The notes under the pieces are model-generated. The model saw nothing but the letters and a program-made list of their open reading frames with translations. It did no database searches and was not told the origin of the DNA. DNA of 63,794 bases, filler included, from Lenisia limosa (Eukaryota; Protista; Breviatea), in the NCBI GenBank assembly GCA_001655205.1. It is 16 parts of 16 records of this genome, joined end to end, with 100 filler letters (N's around TTAATTAATTAA, not from the genome) between each part and the next. Parts side by side here need not be neighbours in the genome. Positions count along the whole stretch, not along the records: positions 49,407 to 54,729 come from LPNZ01007760.1; positions 54,830 to 58,452 come from LPNZ01007458.1; positions 58,553 to 59,922 come from LPNZ01000817.1; positions 60,023 to 61,214 come from LPNZ01003948.1; positions 61,315 to 63,794 come from LPNZ01000765.1; 11 more parts are not named here. The stretch is one strand, 5' to 3'. The position numbers were made by a program, and so were the translations under genes. Below are positions 52,878-63,794 of the stretch, one piece after another. Position 1 is the stretch's first letter, and each line of letters starts with the position of its first letter.

Positions 52878-53756
52878 AAAACGTTATCAGCGCTCTGCGT
52901 GAAGCCGAATAGGTTCCAACAACCTTGCTCACGGTTTAAACCATTCCACATCCTCAACAGGGCAAAGATCAACAAGCAAGATCGTTTGGACACCCCCTCC
53001 CCTCGGTAACACTCGACTCCAGCCAACCATCAGCTTCTCGAAGACCACTTTGCAGGTGGCGCCGTCGTTGCCCTCTCCAGCAACTTGAAGATCCTGGCAG
53101 TGGTCTTGGACTGCAGTGCAGCCAATTCCTGCAAACATTAAGATGGGCACGGCCATGATTCGCCAAACCTGCTGCTGAGCCCTTCAGAAAATGCGCTGAT
53201 CGCGAAAACTCCATCAGTGAGTCCTTTGTGTCGGTTTTACTAAGGGAAAGGTAAGAACAACAATGGAAGGGGGCTCACAGATCAGCTTGCATGCTCGGGA
53301 ATTTCTCTTCAACTTGCTCAAAAAACATTTCCTGAGGAGAGTGAGGAAAGGAAGGCGATTCAGGCGAAAAGAGAAACCACCTGTGCCCTACAAACCACAA
53401 TATCCTTCACGAAATCAAGTCCTTCATCTTCACAGCAGGCTAAAAGCTGGGAGAAAATGGATTCATCAAGAATTGGCATATTTAGTGTAAGAAAACGGAA
53501 AAATGTGTAAGTGCTTGCTGAAGAAAATTTATTTAATATTGCTTGCTTAGAGCTTGCTATACGTAACTAATACGGTATCTTGTTTTCTAGTTGTGTTTTT
53601 GTGTTTTCATTTTTGGGAAAATTTAATCTCCTTCCAAATACGCGCGTACACGTGGCGTTGGTTGAAACGGAAATTCGAAAATTTTCGATATATTTTTTCG
53701 AAAACTACAAAAAAATCTACGATCGCCTTTGCAATAATTTTACTGTCTACTATCAA

Positions 53757-53828
53757 GCCGGATTAGCATAGTGGTAGTGCGCACGCTTAGTAAGCGTGAG
53801 GTCCGTGGTTCGAGTCCGCGATTCGGCT
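53757..53828 (+). tRNA. tRNA-Thr (AGT)
   Basis: GCCGGAT...ATTCGGC acceptor stem, D-loop AGTGGTA, anticodon arm CACGC-TTAGTAA-GCGTG, T-loop GGTTCGAGTCC. Confidence 0.96.
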
Positions 53829-53829
53829 C

Positions 53830-53837
53830 TTTTTTTT
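53830..53837 (+). terminator. RNA polymerase III oligo-T terminator
   Basis: T8 run immediately 3' of tRNA-Thr. Confidence 0.8.
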
Positions 53838-55119
53838 CCCTGAGTAAATTTTTTTTGCGTTTTTTGCCTTTTTGGTTTTCTTTTTTTTTTAGTTTTTTTA
53901 GTTTGAGTCATTTCTTGCCAATCATGAGATAATTGTTACTTCTGCTTTTGCTCCGTGCAATTGATTGAGAAAGTAAGAATCAAAATTAGGAGCTGCTTAA
54001 ATCAATTGCATAGAGTTCTACTTTGTAAATCTCCTCAAAACTCTTCAACTCTTCATCCCCTGAAGAAAGAAACATGAATAATACATGACACAATACATCT
54101 ACTTAATTTTCATCATCGCTATAGTCCCTCTCCCTGTTCCTGCAGTGTGAGCTTTAGTTTCTCACATAATGAAATAAGATACAGTAGGGTTCTAGTTACA
54201 ATATGTCCGACTTCTAACTTTGAAATGAATAATTCAATAAATTGCAAGAAGCCCTCACAGTATCATTAAAAGGAAACTCAAAGAAGGACACCCCCCCCCC
54301 CAACCATTTGGGTTTTGAAGCCCTTCGCTCCCTTTTTCGTGGTACCTCATGGAACGGCTGGGGGGGGGGGTAAAATTGNNNNNNNNNNNNNNNNNNNNNN
54401 NNNNNNNNNNNNNNNNNNNNNNNNNNNNNNNNNNNNNNNNNNNNNNNNNNNNNNNNNNNNNNNNNNNNNNNNNNNNNNNNNNNNNNNNNNNNNNNNNNNN
54501 NNNNNGGGGAGTAAAACGAAGAAATTTAGATGGAAAAGTTGGAAAATTTATGAAACAAAAAAGCACAAAATGAACTCTGTTGGCTGACAAAGCAAGACAC
54601 AGTTTTGAAAGAACAAAGTTGCAACAGTCCCGCTTACAACTTGGGAGGAGGTTTTGTTTTCTTGGGGGGCAGAGAGGGCAGGGGGGCGATGGGAGGATAC
54701 CTGGGTATAGTAAATAATCAGAAAATGGTNNNNNNNNNNNNNNNNNNNNNNNNNNNNNNNNNNNNNNNNNNNNTTAATTAATTAANNNNNNNNNNNNNNN
54801 NNNNNNNNNNNNNNNNNNNNNNNNNNNNNTAATGGACACAATTAATAAAATCCAATATCTCGTCTAAGCGAGATGGTGTGGACGGCTTCTGTCAGATACA
54901 TCTTTATTTTTGTTTCTCCTTTCGAATATTATGAGGTTCTTTATGCGAAAAGGTCTTTCTATTCGCACTCAGTGGTACGACTTTTTATAAGTCAGAAGCC
55001 CCGAGATGTATTTATTTGTTTCTTTAGATTTTTTAGTGCATTTTTGCTTCTTCAATTTGTGTATTTTTACTATTTGTTTCCTTAGACTTGCAGTCGGTTC
55101 AAAACCCCCCACAAACCAC

Positions 55120-57700
55120 TTCAATCTCACGCATTTTGTTTCGGCTTTCACGGAAGGCGGTCAGAAGGAAAATGCTCTCTACTAGTAGCTTGCGAACCTC
55201 GGGGTCTGATTCTGCGGGAGGGGGAGGGGGGGGGGGNNNNNNNNNNNNNNNNNNNNNNNNNNNNNNNNNNNNNNNNNNNNNNNNNNNNNNNNNNNACAAA
55301 AAGCCCAATATCAATTTTCACATCACAATACAGAACTATTCCCCCCCCCCTTTTTTTTAATAAAAATTGAAAGTTGACACCTTGTAAATAATTTGCTAAT
55401 GGTATCCATATGGATTTATTTGTTTGCCTAGATTTGTAATGTATATTATTTCTCTTGTTCAAAAAAAAAATACATACGATACTCTCAAAATTCATACCCC
55501 CCACCACGGGCCTTGTCCTCGTCAAGATATTGGCACTCAGCAGGAAGGTTGTCCATCTCATTGTCACGGAACTCGTCTGTACCCGCTATTAACGGCAACA
55601 TCAAATAGGGCAGAATGTCAACGTCGTCGCCAACAAGCCACTCTGGTGAAAAGTAAAATGGGAAATTAAAATGTAGGGTTTCATTTCGGTTCAAAACAAG
55701 ACAGTATTTCTCGATAAATCTTCGATAATATTGATATTGTATCAGTCTTTTTCGGACCGAAGTGAAGCCCTAAAAAAATGNNNNNNNNNNNNNNNNNNNN
55801 NNNNNNNNNNNNNNNNNNNNNNNNNNNNNNNNNNNNNNNNNNNNNNNNNNNNNNNNNNNNNNNNNNNNNNNNNNNNNNNNNNNNNNNNNNNNNNNNNNNN
55901 NNNNNNNNNNNNNNNNNNNNNNNNNNNNNNNNNNNNNNNNNNNNNNNNNNNNNNNNNNNNNNNNNNNNAAAAACCAGCTAACCGTGCTTTGCCGTAGTGA
56001 ACAGGCAGTTCTTAAGCATGCCTGCTACTCCCGCCCGTCTCATGAGTTGGGAGTGGCTCAGGAGGGGAAGGAGCCGAGGGATATACTCGCGTTTTTCGTT
56101 CAACAGCATTCTACGAGCGGTGTCCACCTAAGTTGTTATTGGTGCTGTTATTGGTTATAGTTGTGTTATATAGTATAATAAAATAATATGAAAACCTGAA
56201 TTGTTATTGATGCTGTTATTGCTGTTGTGTTATTTGTAATGTTGTTGTTGTTGCTGTTGTTGTTGCTACATTGCTTATTAGCTTCATATTGACATTAGGC
56301 TGTTATTGATGTGAGAAAAAGAAAAACGTTTTTATTGTTGTTGTGATTGGTTTTATTTGAAATACACATAATATCGATATATTACGCACACATTGACCGG
56401 GATAAGTCTTGACCGATTTTTTTATGTGATTTCCCAATGAAAATCGGTCAAGACTTATCCCGGTCACTGTATGTATTACTGTTCTTGTTATTGTTGCTGT
56501 TATTCTTTTGAGAAGAAAGGGGGGGGGGAGGTGAGAAATAAAGGAATCGTTATGTCAACCTGGTTGGTATTGATGCTGTTTGTTGTGATTGTTGTTTGTT
56601 ATTGTTGTTAATGTTGATAGTGCTAATGTTCATATTTATTTTGAGTATAGCAATGAGAGAAATGTATAAAACAAAAAAACACTATTTACTCCCCACCCCC
56701 CGCAACTTTAGAAAGGTTCATGAGAATGGTTGCGATGTACATGGTTTTGTCGTGAGAGTCGGAACTATCAGCGCTCGTCAGGAGCTGAGGGAGTAAATTG
56801 AGGAGATTTATGAAAAACAAAGCACAAATCAACTCTGTTAGCTGTGATCCTGGGGGGAGTAAATGAAAGGAACTTCGATGAAGAATATTGGGGTGTAAAA
56901 ACGGGGAGCGGGGGTGTAAATGGACAAATGTATACCAAGTGTTATTATTTCTATGGGAGTTATTTGGATTCTATTGGAGGAGTGAGGTACAATGGAAATT
57001 TTATGAAACAATAACCCAATGAAATATTGGGGGGGGGGGGGGAANNNNNNNNNNNNNNNNNNNNNNNNNNNNNNNNNNNNNNNNNNNNNNNNNNNNNNNN
57101 NNNNNNNNNNNNNNNNNNNNNNNNNNNNNNNNNNNNNNNNNNNNNNNNNNNNNNNNNNNNNNNNNNNNNNNNTCATCTTTCGCTGCCATCAGCGCCTCAC
57201 AGCCTGGGGAGTAAAATTTGAAAATTTATGAAACAAAAAAACCCAAAGTAATATGAGTTAATTGAAGCAGGGTTTCAAATGGAAAAGTTGTCTCGGATAT
57301 CCGAAGCACGCTATTCTATACAAAATCGCTCCAAGGAAGGTCCGAGACAACTTTCCTTTGAAACCCTGCTTTAATATCGTATAGCATCCGGAGGGAGATC
57401 ATTAATATCGTGCATATATCATATATATACATGTAGTATATAGTATATGATATTAAACCCTCAGGTTTTAGCGTTATACACGTAGTATATGATATACTAT
57501 ATGCATATACTAGATAATAAATATACTATATCCTGGTGAGTAAAACGAAGGAAATCTCGATATTGGCGTAAATGTACTAATCACGATCCAAAAGAATCTG
57601 AAACTCCAAACATTCCCTTTCTCAAAAAGAGCCCACCTTTTTGGAATCGCGTAATATTAGAGAGGATCATGAAGCTCAAATCTCCGAGTTGGTTCTTGGT
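55120..57700 (-). CDS. HGH1: HGH1 (FAM203) eEF2 co-chaperone, internal exons
   Basis: SFMILSNITR; YIATILMNLSK; YIPRLLPLLSHSQLMRRAGVAGMLKNCLF; EWLVGDDVDILPYLMLPLIAGTDEFRDNEMDNLPAECQYLDEDKAR|ESDPEVRKLLVESIFLLTAFRESRNKMRE. Matches HGH1 motifs as recalled. Confidence 0.93.
55674..55772. mobile_element. MITE family A (TAGGGCTTCACTTCGGTTCGAAAAAAGAC terminal inverted repeat, about 95-100 bp)
   Basis: Representative copy. Others at about 675-765, 4886-4974, 5083-5180, 7192-7287, 7525-7620, 18751-18835, 20010-20093, 27116-27208, 34847-34944, 38398-38480, 51077-51174, 57864-57958, 58022-58205, 58947-59049, 60050-60121 and 63310-63375. A subtype has TAGGGCTTCCCTACGGTCC ends. Confidence 0.9.
57267..57369. 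mobile_element. MITE-like palindrome, family C (single copy here)
   Basis: GCAGGGTTTCAAATGGAAAAGTTGTCTCGGA ... TCCGAGACAACTTTCCTTTGAAACCCTGC, inside an HGH1 intron. Confidence 0.7.
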
Positions 57701-58719
57701 CTACATAGTCAGTAAATGAATTAATTAATATTAATTCATTTACTATAATCCAATATTTCTTTCTAGCGTGATGGTGTGGCCGGCTTCGGCCAGATACAAC
57801 CTTATTGTTTTAGTTCCCATTGCTATAATACATATAATATATTGATATATTGTCAGTAAAGGTTAGGGCTTCAGGTTCCAAAAGATCACAAAAATATAGT
57901 TATTTATCGAAGATTTATCGAGAAATTCAGTCTTTTTTGGAACCAAAAGGGAACCTTGAGTGAATGGACCCAACTCTTGCGAAAATGTTGTATTTTACAT
58001 TGGATTCCCAAATAATATTAGTAGGGCTTCCCTACGGCACCAAAAAAGGACTAAATTTCTCGATAGGTCCTCGATAAATCACTACGGCGCATCGACTAGG
58101 GATTCCCAAATACTTAGGGCTTCCCTACAGTCCGATAAAGACCGTTAAAATATCGATATTTATCGAGGATCTATCGAGAAATATAGTCCTTTTTTGGTAC
58201 CCTACTAATACCATTAATTTCTACTTCATAGAATTCCCATGTAAAGAAGGGAATTTCCAACGTTTTCGCAAAAATCCCAAGTCGATGCCGTTGTGATGTT
58301 GCTAATTAGTCGAAGGGTAGCGTAATTGGTAGAACCTTCCTTTTAGGTTATCAGCCCTCGTGTGATGTCGCCAACAGAGTTGGTTTTAGGCTTTTTTTTG
58401 TTTCATAAATTTTCCAATTTTACCCCCCCCCCCATAGAATAAGATTTTTCAANNNNNNNNNNNNNNNNNNNNNNNNNNNNNNNNNNNNNNNNNNNNTTAA
58501 TTAATTAANNNNNNNNNNNNNNNNNNNNNNNNNNNNNNNNNNNNNNNNNNNNGTTTATTTTAGATTGCTACTATCCCTCTTATTTCCATCGTAACACACA
58601 GTTTCCATAATCCCATCATTAACAACACAGATTGCCATAATCCCATCATTAACAAAACACAGATTGCCATAATCCCAACCATAGTCCTACCATTAACAAC
58701 ACACAGATTGCCATAATTC

Positions 58720-59758
58720 CGAGCCTCATCGGAACCGACTGGCCTGCATGGTTCAATAGCATGACCTCCTCTTTCTCTTTTGCGGTGCTACTGCCTTTCG
58801 ATTACTTCGACTTCTTTGCAGATCCCAATGGTGTGTACGGCATATTGACATTGGATTTTGGCACATTGACATTGGATTTTGGCACATTGACATTGGATTT
58901 TGGTACATTGACATATTGACATTGGATTTTGGGATGGATTTTGGGTTGGGCTTGCATAACTTCGGTTCAAAAAATGAATGAATTTCTCGATATTTCCTTG
59001 AAAACTACCGATATTTTAGCGGTCTTTTTCTGTCCCAAGTGAAGCCCTAATTTCAGGGTGTATGAAGAATTTTGTTGATAGTTGAGTTTTAGAATAGTGG
59101 CTTGCAGTTAGTGCAACAGAACTTATCGAATACGTTTTTCCACTCATCATAATCCAACAGAGATACAAAAAAGTGAACTTCGGAGGAGAGGAGTTAAGTT
59201 GTCATTTTATGGTGAACAATACATAGGAAGAATCAAAAGCACTATTCCGCCGCAAAACTCATTTATCAGCTGCTGATTTGGCCCTCTTAATTCTCGATGA
59301 CCAAACGTCTTTGGCCGTTTTCCAGCATTCAATTGAGGTCTGAGGATTACCCCCCCCCCCATTTAAACCCTTTTCCACGGCAACCTCCAACCCCTTTGCC
59401 ATGTTTATGACAGCTTTGTACAGTACTAAAAGCAGAGTTGACTTTGAATTATTTATTTTTCATATTTACCGCTACCATTCTTCATCGAATTTTTGTTCGC
59501 TTTGTTGTTATCAACCCTCGTGTGTTGTCAGCCAATAGAGTTGATTTTGGGTTTTTTGTTTCAGAAATTTTCCTATTTCATTTCCTCTCCCCCCAGATTG
59601 AAGAAAACAGCTTCATATATATGTCACAGCTCTCTGCAGTCTTGATTCTCCTGACAATGCTGTGTTTTGTTCTCCTAAAACTCGCCTCTCTCAAGCTGAA
59701 CGAGCCCTTTTTGGAGGCAACCTCCTCCGGTGCCATGCTATTGATGCAAAACAGCAAA
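58720..59758 (+). CDS. Unknown membrane protein fragment
   Basis: Exons read SLIGTDWPAWFNSMTSSFSFAVLLPFDYFDFFADPN, ADLALLILDDQTSLAVFQHSIE and IEENSFIYMSQLSAVLILLTMLCFVLLKLASLK, including hydrophobic stretches. Confidence 0.5.
58841..58931. repeat. 21-bp minisatellite, about 4 copies (intronic)
   Basis: CACATTGACATTGGATTTTGG repeated. Confidence 0.85.
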
Positions 59759-60138
59759 GTCGGTAGTTTGAACTACTCTTTATATATCATATAGTACACT
59801 TTATCGATATATAATATATTTAATCGATATGTTATATAATCATAGATATAAGTTGGATGTTTTCTATGATTTTTATTTTTTGATAACCCTTAAGTGGGTT
59901 TGCTTTTCTTACTTTTTCATCCNNNNNNNNNNNNNNNNNNNNNNNNNNNNNNNNNNNNNNNNNNNNTTAATTAATTAANNNNNNNNNNNNNNNNNNNNNN
60001 NNNNNNNNNNNNNNNNNNNNNNCCCCCCCCCCCCACAATATTATATTTTGGATTTCCCTACGGTCCGAAAAAGACCGTTTAAATTTACCGAGTAATCTTT
60101 AGGGTCATTGGGAAGCCCTAATTACACCCTTGCCCCAC

Positions 60139-61200
60139 TTCATAATATCATTTGCCAGAAGGCCGACAGTGACTTTGGTGTCGACCATGGGGCGGAAGGG
60201 CGCTCCCACCACCACCATCTGAAGAGTTAGTTTGATGCCTCATTGGAGAGCTTGATGCCTTATTGGAGAGTTTTATGCCTTAACTAGTGCTTTGATGCAT
60301 CAAGATTAATCCCTTATCCCCCCCTTACATAGCTGTTCCTCAGTGCATGGACGGTGTAAGCCCCCCTTTGGACGACCAAGGCGTCAAATCCAGAGTAAAT
60401 CGCGTCCATCAGTGCCACAACCTCGCCGTACTGGGGGTGGGTAAATAAAATGGCCCATTATGAAACACAAAACTGTTAGCTTAACAGCTGACAACACACA
60501 AGGGTTGAAAACAACAAAACAAACAAAGCTCAGACAGGTCGCCGCATCCCATCACTCCATGAAGAGAGCGGATGGGGGAAGGATGTATAAATGAATAAAA
60601 AGCGATCAAAACGTTAGAAAACCACCCCCCCACGACAAGGCCGTCAGTGATCTCGTGGAAGTTGGAGATCTGCACGGAAATCATGTAAACGTCCTCGAAT
60701 GTTTCGGGAGCAGGGACCCGTGAACGCTGGGGTTATGAGCAAAAAGAAATATTCCAAAAAAAAAAACAATTATAATGTTACCACATTTTCCCATTTGAAT
60801 AACGTATTCGTATCATAGTCTATTGTAATCAATAAATAAAACGTCCACCTCTCCCCCCCCCCCCNNNNNNNNNNNNNNNNNNNNNNNNNNNNNNNNNNNN
60901 NNNNNNNNNNNNNNNNNNNNNNNCATTGTGTGATCTCTGATCGCCTGGGGGAGGGGGGAGTAAAACGAAGGGAATTTCGATGAAGAATGTTGGCGTAGAT
61001 GAGTATAAAGTTTACATTATTGAAGTAACCAGCCCAAATCCTTCCTCATTCTCAGCATCCCCCACATATATCAAGCGTGTATCAAGCCCAATAACATTAA
61101 ATAAAAATAAGAAATTGTTTAAAAAAATCAGGTGAACCCCCCACGTTCTCTCGGTCCAAATAGGCTCGTCGTTCCCCATAGTGCTTCTTATGCGCAAAGC
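60139..61200 (-). CDS. Class III adenylate/guanylate cyclase-like domain protein with degenerate catalytic residues
   Basis: PETFEDVYMISVQISNFHEITDGLV|YGEVVALMDAIYSGFDALVVQRGAYTVHALRNSY|MVVVGAP aligns with the cyclase pattern ESFDxVTIxFxDIVGFT...VVxLLNxLYxxFD...YKVETIGDAYMVVSG. Confidence 0.75.
60431..60565 (-). repeat. Intron-resident repeat family E/F ending at 3' splice sites
   Basis: Shared blocks GGAGTGATGGGATGCGG / CCTGGGCTTTGTTTG / TCAACCCTCGTGTGTTGTCAGCCAACAGAGTTGATTTTGG / TTTCATAAATTTTCCAATTTTACTCCCCCAG. Copies at about 3490-3555, 3667-3800, 3935-4059, 26515-26545, 27255-27336, 39867-39960, 48920-48990, 49408-49591, 50426-50560, 54358-54595, 56785-56900, 57204-57245, 57533-57610, 58366-58432, 59430-59596 and 60950-61000. 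Confidence 0.85.
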
Positions 61201-61343
61201 TAGAAGAGAGGAGGNNNNNNNNNNNNNNNNNNNNNNNNNNNNNNNNNNNNNNNNNNNNTTAATTAATTAANNNNNNNNNNNNNNNNNNNNNNNNNNNNNN
61301 NNNNNNNNNNNNNNTTATTCCCTCTCTGGTCTTGACAACATAG

Positions 61344-62370
61344 GACTCCCCTGAGCCACTCCCCTCCTCCCCGCTACCCTCCGATAAAGACCTCGAAGAC
61401 ATCGGCTCTGCAACAGACCGTACCCTGTCCTCCTCCGAAGAAGATACTTCTGAAATACGTGTCAATGATGATGTTACTGCACGTGGTATTCGCAGCGATG
61501 ATGAAGCTCCTGAAAATGAAAAACGAGTTAAGGATGCTGACATCGACTTTTCCGAAAGTGATGGTTTCGAAGATCTAGTTTCCCCTGCGCCACCCAGTAA
61601 AGCCATCCCTCTTGGGTCCAGTTGTGATATGGAGATGGATTCTGAATCGGAAAGCGATGGATTGGAAAAATCACCATCCCCCTCTGGCCGAACGTTACCC
61701 AAAATCATGAGAAAACGAAAGAAACCTTTATCTGAAAGTGATGATACTTCAGAATCCAACATGCTTCCGCGACGTCCTTCAAAACCCGGTAAAATTGTGA
61801 AGTCAATCAGCTCTCTCGCTATACCCAAAACAAAGTTGGCCAAGTTTAAACCATTGGACCCCAAGAGAACTGATGACGAGCTTCCACCTCAAAACAATGC
61901 CGAGAATGACATGAACGACACTAGTGATGATCTTGAAAGTACTGCTAGTGAATCAGATGATGAAGCGGACGGCATAGTTGAAGAAGCAGATAAGGAAGTG
62001 GAAGAAGATAAGCAGCTTCAGAAGGAAGACAAGGTATCTGAGCCCTCAGTTCCGAAAGAAGATACTGCGATATTGTTGAGTAGCAGCGATGACGATGAAG
62101 GGGAGGAGAATAGCAGTGAACAGCCAGCAGGGTTCAGTAGCGATACAATTGGTGAGCAGTTTCTCAGCATTGTTTTGAAGTACATTTTTATTGTTACAAT
62201 AGTACTTTATATAATATGAATTATTTGCTATGGGGATCATTGCGAAATCCTGCTGTTTTTATGATTATTATTTGAGATTTTGTTGGTTCTCTTCCATTTA
62301 CCTTTGATTTTCGCTTATTTTTGTAGTGCTTTCCTCTGATGAAGAAGAGTTCGATGAGGATAGTCTTCAA
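61344..62370 (+). CDS. Unknown protein with a long acidic/Ser-rich disordered region and a basic NLS-like patch
   Basis: Exon 61344-62151 is open throughout (D/E/S-rich, KIMRKRKKP). Next exon at 62327-62370. Confidence 0.6.
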
Positions 62371-63614
62371 GTAATTGGGGTCGCGCCCTTGGTCAGATAC
62401 TACCTGTTTTATTTCGCACCTTTTTACCCCCNNNNNNNNNNNNNNNNNNNNNNNNNNNNNNNNNNNNNNNNNNNNNNNNNNNNNNNNNNNNNNNNNNGAA
62501 TGTAGGTGTACAAGGGTCTTTTAGGTCATTCATTCAATTCAAATAATCGCTTGCCGGGACTGATTTATCAAGTCAATAGATATAACCGTTGAAAATACTT
62601 CTCCATATCTACTTGGGATAATAGCACTGTTCCATAATTCTTGTTCTTTACAATCTTAATTTTGGACTAAAAAGAAGATAATTATGTTGAGGCGCATTTA
62701 TCGAGGAATATTCAAATGTGTTATAAATTCCTGGTAAATATTTTTCGAGAAGTCACATTTTTAGCCCTTAGTCAGAGTCAATCCAGCTCCGAGCCAGAAT
62801 CCGAGTGGGGAAAGAGAGTAGAACTGGCATATTATACTATAATTCAACATCTCTTTTTAGCGTGATGGTGTGGATGGTTGTCGTTAGATATAACCTTGTT
62901 TTATTTTTATAAATTCAGACTTAAAGCGTTTTTATGTTCACGGAGAGTATTCAAGGTTCTACAGTTTTCACATCTTTTTGCACCTATCAGCATGCATTTT
63001 ACTATCATTCCGTATCTTCATTCCCTTATCACCTTGCCTTTCTCATCATATTTGTATTTTCATCTTTTTAGAAGGTACATGCTCAATGGCGAAACTGCCC
63101 TCCCTCCAGAGCTTCATAATTTAACCCCTGTACAGGTGGGGGTTTGGGATGTGGAGGAACTGACTAAACTGCTGTTTTTGTAATCTTTAGTTCGATTATC
63201 TTGATCTTCTCTTTCGGTGATGAAAGAACACTGGCCGGGATAAGTCGTGACCAATTTTGTTGGGAGAACATAGAGCAAATCGGGCAAGACTTATCTCAGT
63301 CAGTGTATTTTTTGATAGTTATCGGGAGTTCAGTATGTTTTCGGAACTCAAAGTATAGCACTGTCTGAAGCCCTAGTAATATAGCTATTAGCAATGAGAA
63401 AGAAAGATAAAGATATATCTGGCCGAAGCTGTCCATACCATCACGCTTTTAAGAGATATTGGATTATAGTAATTAACCCAATCAATTGCCTTACAACTAT
63501 GTGCACACAGCTTTCTGCGTGCCTCCTCAGCATACTAGTAATGTAATTTTTCTTACTTAATCCCTTCATTCTTTAGCGCGCGGGAGTGAAATTCATGTAC
63601 CAAAATATCGTGAA

Positions 63615-63794
63615 AAATAGAGGTTTGTTCGAGGAATGCATTTCTATGGGGTAGGGTTACAGCAACTATTGAGGTAAATAGAGGTTTGTTCGAGGAATGC
63701 ATTTCTATGGGGTAGGGTTACAGCAACTATTGAAGTAAATAGAGGTTTGTTCGAGGAATGCATTTCTATGGGGTAGGGTTACAGCAACTATTGA
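63615..63794. repeat. 61-bp tandem repeat, 3 copies, runs off the window end
   Basis: AAATAGAGGTTTGTTCGAGGAATGCATTTCTATGGGGTAGGGTTACAGCAACTATTGAGGT starts at 63615, 63676 and 63737. Confidence 0.95.

Noticed and set aside
3604-61270. Recurrent TTAATTAATTAA motif as a biological repeat or CRISPR-like array
   Set aside because: Always embedded in Ns. It is an artificial six-frame-stop scaffold linker.

Overview
This is eukaryotic nuclear DNA, not prokaryotic. The window is an artificial concatenation of 16 short scaffolds joined by 15 N-TTAATTAATTAA-N linkers, so synteny across linkers is meaningless. Most entries in the ORF track are spurious, because real genes are split by many GT-AG introns (about 30 to 600 nt). 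By manual splicing I recognise: a SLC25A32/FLX1-like mitochondrial carrier head-to-head with RPS8, a LolD/AbcH-type ABC ATPase, an EFCAB9-like EF-hand protein ending in a CaaX box, a tandem-SH3 protein, a GH5 endoglycoceramidase, an ankyrin protein, cathepsin B, HGH1, a degenerate class III nucleotide cyclase, a ubiquitin-like-repeat plus FHA protein, a bacterial-type sugar-isomerase-like gene and tRNA-Thr(AGT). The gene set and intron style suggest a free-living amoeba-type protist (inference only). Non-coding DNA is dense with small repeats: three MITE-like families, a possible non-autonomous Helitron, and relics of a tyrosine recombinase and a Tc1-like transposase. The most striking pattern is an intron-resident repeat family whose terminus repeatedly coincides with 3' splice sites, and in reverse orientation with 5' splice sites, in unrelated genes. 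Many introns are also G-rich at the 5' end and C-rich at the 3' end. All family assignments come from motif recognition from memory; no database search was run.
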